DNA of 64,000 nt, from contig JAKPQA010000319.1 in NCBI GenBank assembly GCA_029547025.1, positions 1,263 through 65,262 on the forward strand, in the 5' to 3' direction. The position numbers were made by a program, and so were the translations under genes. This DNA is from Armatimonadota bacterium. GTDB taxonomy: Bacteria; Armatimonadota; Zipacnadia; UBA1398; JAKPQA01. Positions 25,248 to 34,080 of this stretch are shown here, in pieces (position 1 is the first letter of the stretch; the number at the start of each line of letters is the position of its first letter). A model generated the notes under the pieces. The model did not search any database, had not been told where the DNA came from, and saw only the letters and a list, made by a program, of their open reading frames with translations.

Positions 25248-26258
25248 ATGACCTGGAGGGCGCGGACGCGAGGAAAACCGGGGCGAGTTTGTGCGGGCAT
25301 CGCCTGGCTTTCCCTGGTCTGCACCTGTGGCTGCGGGCTGTCCGCGGGTGGGGGTGAGGGAGCCGCCGGCTCGGACTACGAGGTGCTCTACGTCCGCGAT
25401 GGCCGCCTCGTCGCCGTTCACCCCGATGGGTCCGACGCCCGCGTGGTGAACTCTGCACTCACCGGCTGCCGCGAGCCCCAGGGGTCGCCCGATGGGCGTT
25501 TCATCGCCTGCGTCTCCGGTGCCTTCGTCTACATCATGGCCCGCGACGGCTCCGGGGCTCACGCCGTCGCTGGGCGCGTCGCCACCGCCGAGCCGGTCTA
25601 TCCCAACTGGTCGCCCGACGGGCGGAAGCTGTGTTTCGCCGGGCTGGACCAACGCGTCCACGTGCTCGAGCTCGACGCCACCATGGGCCCGGAGCGCGAG
25701 ACGGCCATCGCGGCAGGCCCGGGCGGCGCGCCCGCCACACCGAGCTTCCTGACCAACCAGAGACTGCTCTTCGCCGCGCGCGCCCCCGAGGCGGCCGGGC
25801 CCGGCCAGGGCGACGGCTGGCTCTACACGGTGAACATCGATGGCAGCGGCCTGCTGCCCTTCTTCTCCTCCGCCACCTCGGTCTACGGCGTCGACCCGAC
25901 TCGCGGCAACGTCCGGCGCGCCGTCCGCGCGAACCGCGCGGACTGGATCGTGTTCGAGAGCGATGTTCGCGGCGGCTACGACCTGTGGCTCGCCTACCTC
26001 GATGGCGATGTCTACGGCTGTGTTACGCAATACGACTACCCGGTTGGCGAGTCGGCGCGAGGCACCGCGGCCTGGGAGCGCAATGTGGCCGGGCGCTGGA
26101 CACCCGACGGCCGAATCGCCTACGAGTCCGCCCACTACGATGCCCTGGGATGGGGCGTGCCGCAGATCTGGATCACCGACAAGTTCGGCTCATACCCCGT
26201 GCAGCTCACCCACGACCCCGAGGGTGCACACCAGCCAGGGATCCTGGTGAGCGAGTAG
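25248..26258 (+). CDS. TolB-like beta-propeller lipoprotein (PD40/WD40-like repeats)
   Basis: PD40-type repeats PNWSPDGRKLCF, GSPDGRFIACVS and GRWTPDGRIAYES are present. A lipobox-like WLSLVCTCGCG follows a positively charged N-region. The ATG at 25248 has GGGAGG upstream. An alternative GTG at 25224 overlaps the secretin-3 stop. Confidence 0.6.
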   Translation: MTWRARTRGKPGRVCAGIAWLSLVCTCGCGLSAGGGEGAAGSDYEVLYVRDGRLVAVHPDGSDARVVNSALTGCREPQGSPDGRFIACVSGAFVYIMARDGSGAHAVAGRVATAEPVYPNWSPDGRKLCFAGLDQRVHVLELDATMGPERETAIAAGPGGAPATPSFLTNQRLLFAARAPEAAGPGQGDGWLYTVNIDGSGLLPFFSSATSVYGVDPTRGNVRRAVRANRADWIVFESDVRGGYDLWLAYLDGDVYGCVTQYDYPVGESARGTAAWERNVAGRWTPDGRIAYESAHYDALGWGVPQIWITDKFGSYPVQLTHDPEGAHQPGILVSE

Positions 26259-26422
26259 CGACCGGGCATGGGCGTCCATGGGCCGCAGAGTCGAAGGAGC
26301 TCGTCCGCTTGCCCAGGGTCTGGCGATCCGCCCGGAGGTCGTTTGGGGCCCAGCGGTAGCAGCTGGCCTCAGGGGGGTAAGAGCCTCGGGTGCGCTCATT
26401 GCGGTCCTCCGACGGGCCGTGA

Positions 26423-26797
26423 GCCTCCCCAGGCGTAGACGTTCCTGATCGGTCGGCCGCGGGTCCATCGGGGCGGGGGGAGAGGGCGACGGGGGGCGGC
26501 GAGCTGGATGACATCCTGTACTGCCCCCACCGGCCCGACGAGGCGTGCGCCTGCCGCAAACCGCGGCCCGGTCTGATCCTGGAGGCCATCGCGCGGTACG
26601 AGGTCGATCCGGCATCGTCATTCATGATCGGCGATCGCGAGGGCGACATGGCGGCGGGCCGCGCCGCCGGCGTGCGGACCATCCGTATCGTGACTCGCCT
26701 GACGGGTGCCGACGCGGCCCACACCCAGGCCGAACACCAGGCGCCGGACTTGCCCACGGCGGTGGATTACATCCTCGGTGCGGCAAGCGTGAAGTAG
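26423..26797 (+). pseudogene. 3' fragment of a gmhB-like HAD-IIIA phosphatase (D,D-heptose-1,7-bisphosphate phosphatase family); N-terminal catalytic part absent
   Basis: The in-frame translation ...GGGELDDILYCPHRPDEACACRKPRPGLILEAIARYEVDPASSFMIGDREGDMAAGRAAGV... matches the GmhB/HisB-N C-terminal half (yyCPHhP....C.CRKP.PGml..A......S.miGD...Dm.aa..AG). There is an in-frame stop at ~26420 and no DxDGT motif in any upstream frame. Coordinates are within a few nt. Confidence 0.45.
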
Positions 26798-26815
26798 AGG
26801 CGGTCACGGGCCGGG

Positions 26816-29800
26816 CTAGCCCTCCAGTCCGGCCAGTCGCGCCACGTGTGCTTTGCTACCGTCGTTGGCCCATGGGTCCAGTTCGCTGGGATCCTTCAGC
26901 TGCTGTCCCCGGCGGCGAGGGACCGCCAGGTACCCGCAGCGCACGTCGGCCAGCGCGGTCATATCGCCCCAGAGTTTCTCGAACTGGGCCGTGGGGTACA
27001 CATCCTCCTGGCCGTGACCCCAGCGCCATTTCACGTCTTTGATCGTCACATAGGTCGGCACGCGCCCGGCCAAGTGACGCACGGCCTCAGTGAGCCGTTC
27101 TTCCGGCCCGCGCAGATCGTTGCGGTTCAGCCCGAAGAGGTCGAGCAGCGGATCGATCTCGATCCAGCAGGTGCCCGAGTTGTAGTAGCGCAACCGCAGC
27201 TCGTCCCCGTCGCGTGGCTGGGCCAACCCTTCGAGCAGACGAATCCGCCCGTTCACCCGCGCCAACCCGCCGCCGCGATCGTTGGCACGCCGCGGCACCA
27301 CCTCGAAGGTCAATGCGTTGCCTGATGCCAGGTGAGCGCCCAAGGCCGCCGGATCGAGGTCGGCCCCCAGCGTGTCGATGTTGTGGAGCATGATGGTGGT
27401 GAGCTTCGGGTGCTCCTCCAGCAGCCGCGCTAGCACGCCGTTCCTCAGCAGATTCGGTACCTCATACCAGTGTCCTGGTGGGTGGAATCGTTGGGCAGGG
27501 ATGTTGTCCACATAGTCACTCCCCTCGCCCTTCTCCTTGGCCCACCTGACCAGGGCTGCGCGAACGGCATCTCGCACCTTTTGCTTCTGCTCGTCCAGAG
27601 CCTCCTGGGCCGTTTCCTCCCAGAGGCACACCAGGTCGCGCACCATGGGGATCATCCGCTGGCCGATTGCTCGCCCCGGCGACAGGTACACCGATCCCTC
27701 ATAGCCGTGGTTCCCGTGGCGCTCGAGGTGCTCGGCGATCGGCTCGTGCGTCAGGAAGCTGGTCGACACGATGTGTGGCACGTTCGTCCCATAGCCTCGG
27801 GACGTCTGGAGTGTCTTGCGGAGGTGGATCTCGAGGAAGCTCCGGTGGTGCCCGGCCATGAGTACGAAGGGGCTGAGGGCCTTGATGACGCCCGCGCCAG
27901 CGGTCCAGCGCGTCCCGACACCGGCTGCCAGGGACATTACGGCTACGCGGCCCTCGCGCAGAGCCCGCATACCCAGCTCCCGATGGTCACCGCAGGCATC
28001 GAGGGCCATCACATCGCCCGGCTCGACATCGCGGATCTCCGTCTCGACGGGAAGCCGGTTGTGAGCCAGGCCCGTGCGGCCTTGGCGGAGATCCGCGCGA
28101 AGCTGCTCGTGGAGCACCGGGTCGAACCCGTTGCGTCTCTTGATCTCCGCCGCCTCGGCATCCCACGCCAACCGGTCTCCCTGTGACGCCGGGTCGGAGA
28201 CGCGGAACAGATTGCTGACCAGGGTGCGGAGCAGTCCGTAGGCCTGGCCGGGTTGGTCGCAGCGGGTGGTGAAATGGTCGAGCTCGGCCCGCCGCAGGTA
28301 TGAGAGATCATCACGGTGCTGGCGCACCAGTTCCGGGGTCTGTAGCGCATAGTACCGTGCCGGCATCATGGCTTCGACACCCTCGAGCAGCGAGGCCACT
28401 GTGCCGTGCTCGTTCACGCGGAAGTCGTACACCAGCGGGTCGATGGCGAACGGGAGTGAGGCCTCGAGCTCTCGCTTCGCCTCGCACATGATCTCGAGCA
28501 CCTCGTCCCGGAATCGCCCATGGCGCTCCGGGGCCACGAACATGGCCATGCCGCCCCCGGACATGCCTCCGAGCATGAGGAAGCCCCAGAAGTCATCCTG
28601 CAGGCGCTGCCGGGCGCGCGCGATGAGGGTCTCGGTGAAGGCGTTGGTGACCCATGGGATGATGGTCTTCAGGGGGCCGGACCAGTTGCGGGTGGTGTTG
28701 CGCGCCAGCTCGAGCACATCGCCGGATCGCAGCGCCGCCACGATGTGGTCGAAGATCTCGCGCATGTGCTGACGGGCTTCCCACTCGGCCTGGTTCCGCA
28801 GCAGGTATTTCTCGGTGACCATCTCGAGGATCGGCCCCACGTTCTGAGCCAATCCGCCGTGGATCAGGACCAGGGAGTCGGCCAGCTGCTGGGCCGTGGC
28901 CGGGTGGAGGTCGTCGGCACCCAGAATCCTGTGCCGCGGCAGCAGGCGGCCTTTGCTGATGCCGAACTCGGGGTCACCGGGCTCGGCGACCGCCCCTTGG
29001 ATGATCTTGAACCCCGGCCAGAGCCCGCCCGAGTCCTGCCAGCCGCCGCCCGAGCCCCCCAGCCACTCCCCCAGGATGGCCCGTGAGGCCACCAGGCGCC
29101 GCTCGCGTTCGAGCAGAGGCCCCGTAAGCTGCGCGGTCTGCCCCGTGGCGCGCATGAGGACACTCACAATGCACGCCAGCAGATTCGTGGACACCGCCAG
29201 CCGCGACCCTTTGGGGATGTCGTTCACATTCGTGACGAGCTCCAGTCCCATACCCGGCCCGATGACGCGCGAGAGCAGGCGCGGCAGCGACTGCCCCGTC
29301 CCCTCGAACGCCGGGGGGACCACGCCGGAAGCGATGACACCCGCCTTCAGCAGCCCCAGGTAGTCGTCGCCGAAGTTGAACAGGTCACGAAGGTCCGTGA
29401 TGTCCTTCGTGGCCGGCAGGTCAACACTCGTGAGCCGCAGTACGGGCTCGGGGATGACACGGACATAGGCCTCGATGGGTGGTCGAACCGCTCTGTCCCG
29501 TCCGTAGACGCCGAGGTCAACGGAGATGTTGAGGACTCGCGCACCCTCGGGGTAATCCATGCCCAGGAAGAAGATGTCCGACCAGCCTGAGTGGCTGAGA
29601 TCGAGCCGGACCGGCGTTCGCTCGACCAGCACGGGATACAGGAGGGATCCCTCGCGGCGTGTGAGCAGGTCTTGCCGGATCCGCACGGGGTGATCCTCGA
29701 CATGGCTGGTGCGGAACATCCACTGGTTTCCGCGGCTGGCACGGACACTGCGCCGCACCTGGTCCACCAGACTCTGGAAGGCGAGGCGGTGGTAGCCCTC

Positions 29801-30151
29801 GGCCAAGGCGCTGGATAGGGCCGAGTTTGGCCCCTCGGTTCGCTGCACGCGGAGGAGCCGGTCGATGGCCTGACCGAAGCGGCGGGCCAGCAGGTCTTCG
29901 AATGCCTGCTGGGGGATGACGCCAGTCTGGGGGATGCCGGGCGATTCCATGAGGGCGAACCGGTGCGCGGCGTACAGGAAGAGGGCCGCGCGGACCCGGT
30001 GGTAGAGGTTCTCCGTCGACCGGCGGAACGCGTCGAGCTCATCGCAGGCGGAGACCAATTCGGTGGCTGTGAGCCCCGTGCAGAGCTCCTCGAAGGGGCG
30101 ATCCCGTTCCGCAGGCTCCGTACTGGTGATGGTGCGGATGAAAGCGTTCAC
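26816..30151 (-). CDS. Large multidomain protein: unknown N-domain + GHMP-kinase-like domain + UDPGP-family (UDP-sugar/UGPase-type) pyrophosphorylase domain
   Basis: GHMP-like glycine motifs are LGGSGGGWQDSGG and LMLGGMSGGGMAMFVAPE. UDPGP-family signatures are LAAGVGTRW (compare LNGGLGTSMG), LHNIDTLGADLDP (compare SNIDNLGATVD) and YNSGTCWIEID (compare FNTNNLWISL). The 1111-aa frame is continuous. Confidence 0.6.
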   Translation of the reverse strand: MNAFIRTITSTEPAERDRPFEELCTGLTATELVSACDELDAFRRSTENLYHRVRAALFLYAAHRFALMESPGIPQTGVIPQQAFEDLLARRFGQAIDRLLRVQRTEGPNSALSSALAEGYHRLAFQSLVDQVRRSVRASRGNQWMFRTSHVEDHPVRIRQDLLTRREGSLLYPVLVERTPVRLDLSHSGWSDIFFLGMDYPEGARVLNISVDLGVYGRDRAVRPPIEAYVRVIPEPVLRLTSVDLPATKDITDLRDLFNFGDDYLGLLKAGVIASGVVPPAFEGTGQSLPRLLSRVIGPGMGLELVTNVNDIPKGSRLAVSTNLLACIVSVLMRATGQTAQLTGPLLERERRLVASRAILGEWLGGSGGGWQDSGGLWPGFKIIQGAVAEPGDPEFGISKGRLLPRHRILGADDLHPATAQQLADSLVLIHGGLAQNVGPILEMVTEKYLLRNQAEWEARQHMREIFDHIVAALRSGDVLELARNTTRNWSGPLKTIIPWVTNAFTETLIARARQRLQDDFWGFLMLGGMSGGGMAMFVAPERHGRFRDEVLEIMCEAKRELEASLPFAIDPLVYDFRVNEHGTVASLLEGVEAMMPARYYALQTPELVRQHRDDLSYLRRAELDHFTTRCDQPGQAYGLLRTLVSNLFRVSDPASQGDRLAWDAEAAEIKRRNGFDPVLHEQLRADLRQGRTGLAHNRLPVETEIRDVEPGDVMALDACGDHRELGMRALREGRVAVMSLAAGVGTRWTAGAGVIKALSPFVLMAGHHRSFLEIHLRKTLQTSRGYGTNVPHIVSTSFLTHEPIAEHLERHGNHGYEGSVYLSPGRAIGQRMIPMVRDLVCLWEETAQEALDEQKQKVRDAVRAALVRWAKEKGEGSDYVDNIPAQRFHPPGHWYEVPNLLRNGVLARLLEEHPKLTTIMLHNIDTLGADLDPAALGAHLASGNALTFEVVPRRANDRGGGLARVNGRIRLLEGLAQPRDGDELRLRYYNSGTCWIEIDPLLDLFGLNRNDLRGPEERLTEAVRHLAGRVPTYVTIKDVKWRWGHGQEDVYPTAQFEKLWGDMTALADVRCGYLAVPRRRGQQLKDPSELDPWANDGSKAHVARLAGLEG

Positions 30152-30152
30152 G

Positions 30153-31124
30153 CTAGCTCACCCGCTCCATGGCGCGGCCCAGCCTGGCTTCCGCCAGGAG
30201 ATCGGCGATGGCGCCCAGGACCTCTGCCTGATCGTTGCCGGTCAGGCCCAGGGCGATCTGAGTTCGGAGGAGGCCATAGCGCTGGCCGATGTCGCACCAC
30301 CGGCCGTCGACCTCCAGCGCCAGGCATTTCTGCCGTTGGGCGAGTTCGTGGAGGGCAGGAGTGAGTTGGTACTCCCCCTCTTCGGCGCCGCCGCGTTCGA
30401 TGCTCTCTTCGAGGATCTCGAGGATCTCGGGCGTCAGCACATGCATCCCAAGCAGGCACAGGTAGTGCCCGGCGCGCAGACCGGGGGTCTGGAGCTCGAG
30501 CTCAGCCAGGCTTACCGAAGGCTTCTCGATGATTCGCTCGATCTGGTACACCCCGGCCAGGTCAGGGACGTGGGATCCCGCTAGCGTCCCGTAGTTGCCG
30601 ATCAGGTGTTCTCGGGTCGACTGGACCGTGGAGACGGCGCATTTCGCTTGGGTGGCGAGCCCGATCGCCAACTCGGCGCCGTGCTTCCCGTTCTCGCGGG
30701 GCACATAGAGGTGATCGCCGAGTAGGAGCATGAAGGGCTCGGCGCCCACGAAGTGCCGGCCGCAGTAGACCGCGTGCCCGTAGCCCAGGGGCTCCTCCTG
30801 GACCGCAAAATGCAGTCGTGCCAGCAGATCCCCGATCCGATCCGCCTGGGCTTCGGCCCACGGGCCGCTGTGAGGCGCGGCCAGGAGGTTTTGGCGGAGA
30901 AGGCCAAACTGGGCGAGGTATTGAGCCTCATCGCCGGGGGCACAGATGATGCAGATCTCCTCGATGCCGCTGGCGAGGGCCTCCTCGGCGATGATCTGGA
31001 TGACCGGCTTCGCCACGCCGTCGCGATCGATGAGGGGGAGCATGGCCTTCTGGACAGTGCTCGCGGCCGGGTATAGCCGGGCACCTCGCCCGGCGGCTGT
31101 GATGAGCGCTTTGCGGACCTGCAT
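30153..31124 (-). CDS. GalU-type UTP--glucose-1-phosphate uridylyltransferase-like nucleotidyltransferase
   Basis: ALITAAGRGARLYPAASTVQKAMLPLIDRDGVAKPVIQIIAEEALASGIEEICII matches the GalU N-terminus (AvIPAAGlGTRfLPATKaiPKEMLPivDkP.IQY.veEA..aGi). There is a C-terminal extension of ~100 aa. The stop abuts the start of the 1111-aa gene. Confidence 0.7.
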   Translation of the reverse strand: MQVRKALITAAGRGARLYPAASTVQKAMLPLIDRDGVAKPVIQIIAEEALASGIEEICIICAPGDEAQYLAQFGLLRQNLLAAPHSGPWAEAQADRIGDLLARLHFAVQEEPLGYGHAVYCGRHFVGAEPFMLLLGDHLYVPRENGKHGAELAIGLATQAKCAVSTVQSTREHLIGNYGTLAGSHVPDLAGVYQIERIIEKPSVSLAELELQTPGLRAGHYLCLLGMHVLTPEILEILEESIERGGAEEGEYQLTPALHELAQRQKCLALEVDGRWCDIGQRYGLLRTQIALGLTGNDQAEVLGAIADLLAEARLGRAMERVS

Positions 31125-31244
31125 GGCTTGTTCCTCTCGTGGCAGCAGGTGCTCACCGCCCCTGCGGCAGAGCAGGGAATGCCTGGTATACGACACCAAC
31201 CTGCAGATTGGTGGTCCTGAGATCCAGGAGTCCACAGTGCTTGG

Positions 31245-31949
31245 TCAGGTTGGCGCCATGGTTGGCTCGGCGCGTGCGGCGTTGGCCGCGGGCGATCTGC
31301 GCGGTGAGCGCGCCCAGACTATCGGGCGTGTGGTTGGCCAGTTCTGGCCGCGCAGGTTCGCCCACACCACTACCGTCCACCGGAGGTGCGGTCGCAGCTG
31401 TCGCACGTTCGGACGCTGGGAGCAGCCACTCTCGTCGACGAAAACCACGGTGGCATGCGCGTTCAGCGCCCCCCCCAAGACGCGAGGCCACTCCTCGGCC
31501 TGCCATGCCGCGATCCACTCCTCATTGCGCTGTTTGGCGCGCCGCGAGGGCTTCTGGCAACTGAAACCCATCTGCTGCATTATCTGCCACACCTGGGTCA
31601 CTGACCGCTGGACACCAAACCGCTTCTTGATGACCTGGACGATCCGAGTCAAAGCCCACAGGTCGGTGCTGTATCCATGGGCTCGCGGGCCCCGCAGCAG
31701 TTCCTCCCTCAGTATCCGTAGCTCTTCGGCACCCAGAGCGGGCCGGTAGCCCCGCGGTCCAATGCTCCGCAGCGCCTCGACCCCCCCCTCCTGCCATTTC
31801 CTCCGCCCGCCACACGCGGCGTGGGCACTCACGCCCAGCCTCCGGGCCACCTCGCTGCCGGACATGCCGGCCTCGAACAGCGGGCCTGCTTCCATGCGAC
31901 AGGTTTCCAGCGCCGCCGTGTTCTGTGGGTTTCTCGGTAGCTTGGCCAT
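31245..31949 (-). mobile_element. IS630/Tc1-family transposase remnant (HTH domains and start of DDE domain, then frame decay)
   Basis: The N-terminal HTH is GMSGSEVARRLGVSAHAA. ...WALTRIVQVIKKRFGVQRSVTQVWQIMQQMGFSCQKPSRRAKQRNEEWIAAWQAEEWPRVL..ATVVFVDESG is the first DDE Asp region. The downstream translation then becomes Arg/Pro nonsense, indicating a frameshift or truncation. No inverted repeats were identified. Confidence 0.55.
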
Positions 31950-32189
31950 GCATACATGTACTAGACACATCCACTCCGTGCCTACATTCCCAAAACGGGA
32001 ATGTCATTAGTCCGCATCCCCCGTTCCGTCGTGTTGTCGGCCCACACACGACAAGCGCATGCGCCTCGACCTATACTCTGTCATGGACCCAAGAGCTCCA
32101 TCCTCGTGCAGGCGCCGCCATCAAGAGGATCAGTGGTGTTGCGGCGGTCGGCCTGTAGGAGCCGAGGGGTACCAAGGGAGCTGAAGGGT

Positions 32190-32588
32190 ATGCGGATCGC
32201 CGAGCAGCACTGGTCAGGGGAAGGAATCAGGACCGCCAAGGGCCTGGTAACCGGACCCATCGTCTTGTTCCGAGGCGCTGCTGGCGAGGTGCACCGGGAC
32301 CTCGAGGCATTCGCGGGTCTTGCCGGTGATGCCGCGGGGCGGCAGTGGAGCCGTCCGGTCACTGTTGTCGAGGAGGGGGACGCCTCGTGGGATCCCATCG
32401 TGATGGGTCTGCGCGGCGCGCTGGTCCCTCACTTGGGTGACCTGGCGGAGCTGCTGGAGGTCTCCCAGGTCGAATGCACGGAGGATCGGGCCACGGTCAG
32501 CGTGACGCTGTGGGCAACTGGCGCGGCGCCGCAGACCGGCGAGGCATGGCTGTCGGCCGTCCGGATGGATCGCGCCGTCGGCTCCTGA
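32190..32588 (+). CDS. Small hypothetical protein (weak call)
   Basis: MRIAEQHWSGEGIRTAKGLVTGPIVLFRGAAGEVHRDLEAF... shows no recognisable family. It lies inside the IS630-bracketed island. Confidence 0.2.
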   Translation: MRIAEQHWSGEGIRTAKGLVTGPIVLFRGAAGEVHRDLEAFAGLAGDAAGRQWSRPVTVVEEGDASWDPIVMGLRGALVPHLGDLAELLEVSQVECTEDRATVSVTLWATGAAPQTGEAWLSAVRMDRAVGS

Positions 32589-32900
32589 GTCGGGCACTGG
32601 ACCCGATGGTCTGAACTGCCTCTGCTACCAGCGTGTGAGTGGCGACTCCCTGTTTCTCAATCGGCCCACTGCATGGCCGCCCGAAGTCCGGCTTCGCCCG
32701 TCGTCTCCGGTAACAGACCCCGATGGAACCAACTTGAAAGCATGAGTCGGGTCCGGGGCCTCAGAACATGGCATATGAGCGATGCATCGCCGACGTGCGT
32801 CAGGGCTGCTCGAGCGATGTTTGGTGTGCGGATGGCGAGATCGGGTCGGGGTCCGGCCGGGCCCGGAAGCCACATGGGGGGGCTGCTAGGAGCGAGAGGC

Positions 32901-33701
32901 ATGGCGCAGGATGGCTGGTTACGCGAAGATCAGGTGGTTGCCGATCTGACCAAGGAGGCGATCCTTCAGACCATTGCGGGATCCATGGAGCGGGTCGAAC
33001 TGGGGGCCGTCGAGGACGGGACCCTCTGTTGGTACCCGTCGCGGTTGGTCGCGACTGAGCCCGATGGTCGCCTGGTACTGGTGGCCAGCGACGCCCTGCG
33101 GCAGAGCGCGGCCGGACGACCCGGCAGCCGACTCCTGCTATGCCTGCGCGGCTCCAGCGGCGGCTATGTCGGCCAGGTGCTCGTCTGCGCCGAGGGGCCG
33201 GACGATCCGAACCAGCCGGAGCACACGATCGCCGTCTCGCCTCCTGCGGTGTTTCACCTTCTCCGAAGAAGAGAGCATCAGCGTCTGCGTCTGAGTCCGC
33301 CCATCGAGGCGCAGGTGAGCTTCGCGGGGATGCGCTTCCGGTGCCAGGCGGTGGTTGAGGACGTCAGCGTCTCCGGCGCTCGGGTGCGGGTCTTCCCGCC
33401 CACTCCCGATGGGAGTGAGCTGCCGGTGGGTGCACCGGCGGGCAGATCGGGGGGCGTTATGAGGTTCGAGCTGCCCGGCAGTATGGAGCCATTGTGTTGT
33501 GAGATCTGCATCGCCTGGTGCCAGTACGTGCCCAATGCCAACGGGGACCAGTCGATGGTGATGGGTGTGAGCTGGCCTCATATGGCCGCTGTGGACAAGG
33601 CCCGGTTGTCCGATTTCCTGGCCACCCTCGGGGGTCCCGAGCCGGCAGGAGGACTCAGCCGGCGGGGCACACTGCTCGAACTGCTCACATCGCCAGAATG
33701 A
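32901..33701 (+). CDS. PilZ-domain protein (putative c-di-GMP receptor) with N-terminal domain of unknown function
   Basis: The C-terminal half has RREHQRLRLSPPIEAQVSF...RCQAVVEDVSVSGARV, which fits the PilZ RxxxR...D/NxSxxG signature. The ATG at 32901 is preceded by GAGAGG. Confidence 0.5.
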   Translation: MAQDGWLREDQVVADLTKEAILQTIAGSMERVELGAVEDGTLCWYPSRLVATEPDGRLVLVASDALRQSAAGRPGSRLLLCLRGSSGGYVGQVLVCAEGPDDPNQPEHTIAVSPPAVFHLLRRREHQRLRLSPPIEAQVSFAGMRFRCQAVVEDVSVSGARVRVFPPTPDGSELPVGAPAGRSGGVMRFELPGSMEPLCCEICIAWCQYVPNANGDQSMVMGVSWPHMAAVDKARLSDFLATLGGPEPAGGLSRRGTLLELLTSPE

Positions 33702-34080
33702 CCCCCCACCCGTCCGGACGGCACGACCCATTGGGTGCGGAGTGTGTATGTTGCCAGCACGCGGTGGTTGTGACGCCGCGCGGGCGGGATATGGAGCTCT
33801 CGCTTCCCCCGGGCGGCGCGCGAGCCGATCAGGGGCAGTGAGGGCACGCACCAAGCCGCCGGGGGCTGCGTGGGCAGGGGCTATGGGCTCTGATCCGCTC
33901 GAGCCTTCATGACTGCGGCGGCCTGTAGCACCTGTCGGCGTGTTGAACGCGAGCCTCCGCCGGGCAGTGAGGCGCGCGGGCATTCCGCGCACCGCCCAGG
34001 CCTCAGTGACCGCCCATGCCCGTCCAGGGGCTCTCGGGAAGCCAGAGTGGCCCCGGATCGCGGTCGCCTGATCTGTGCGC

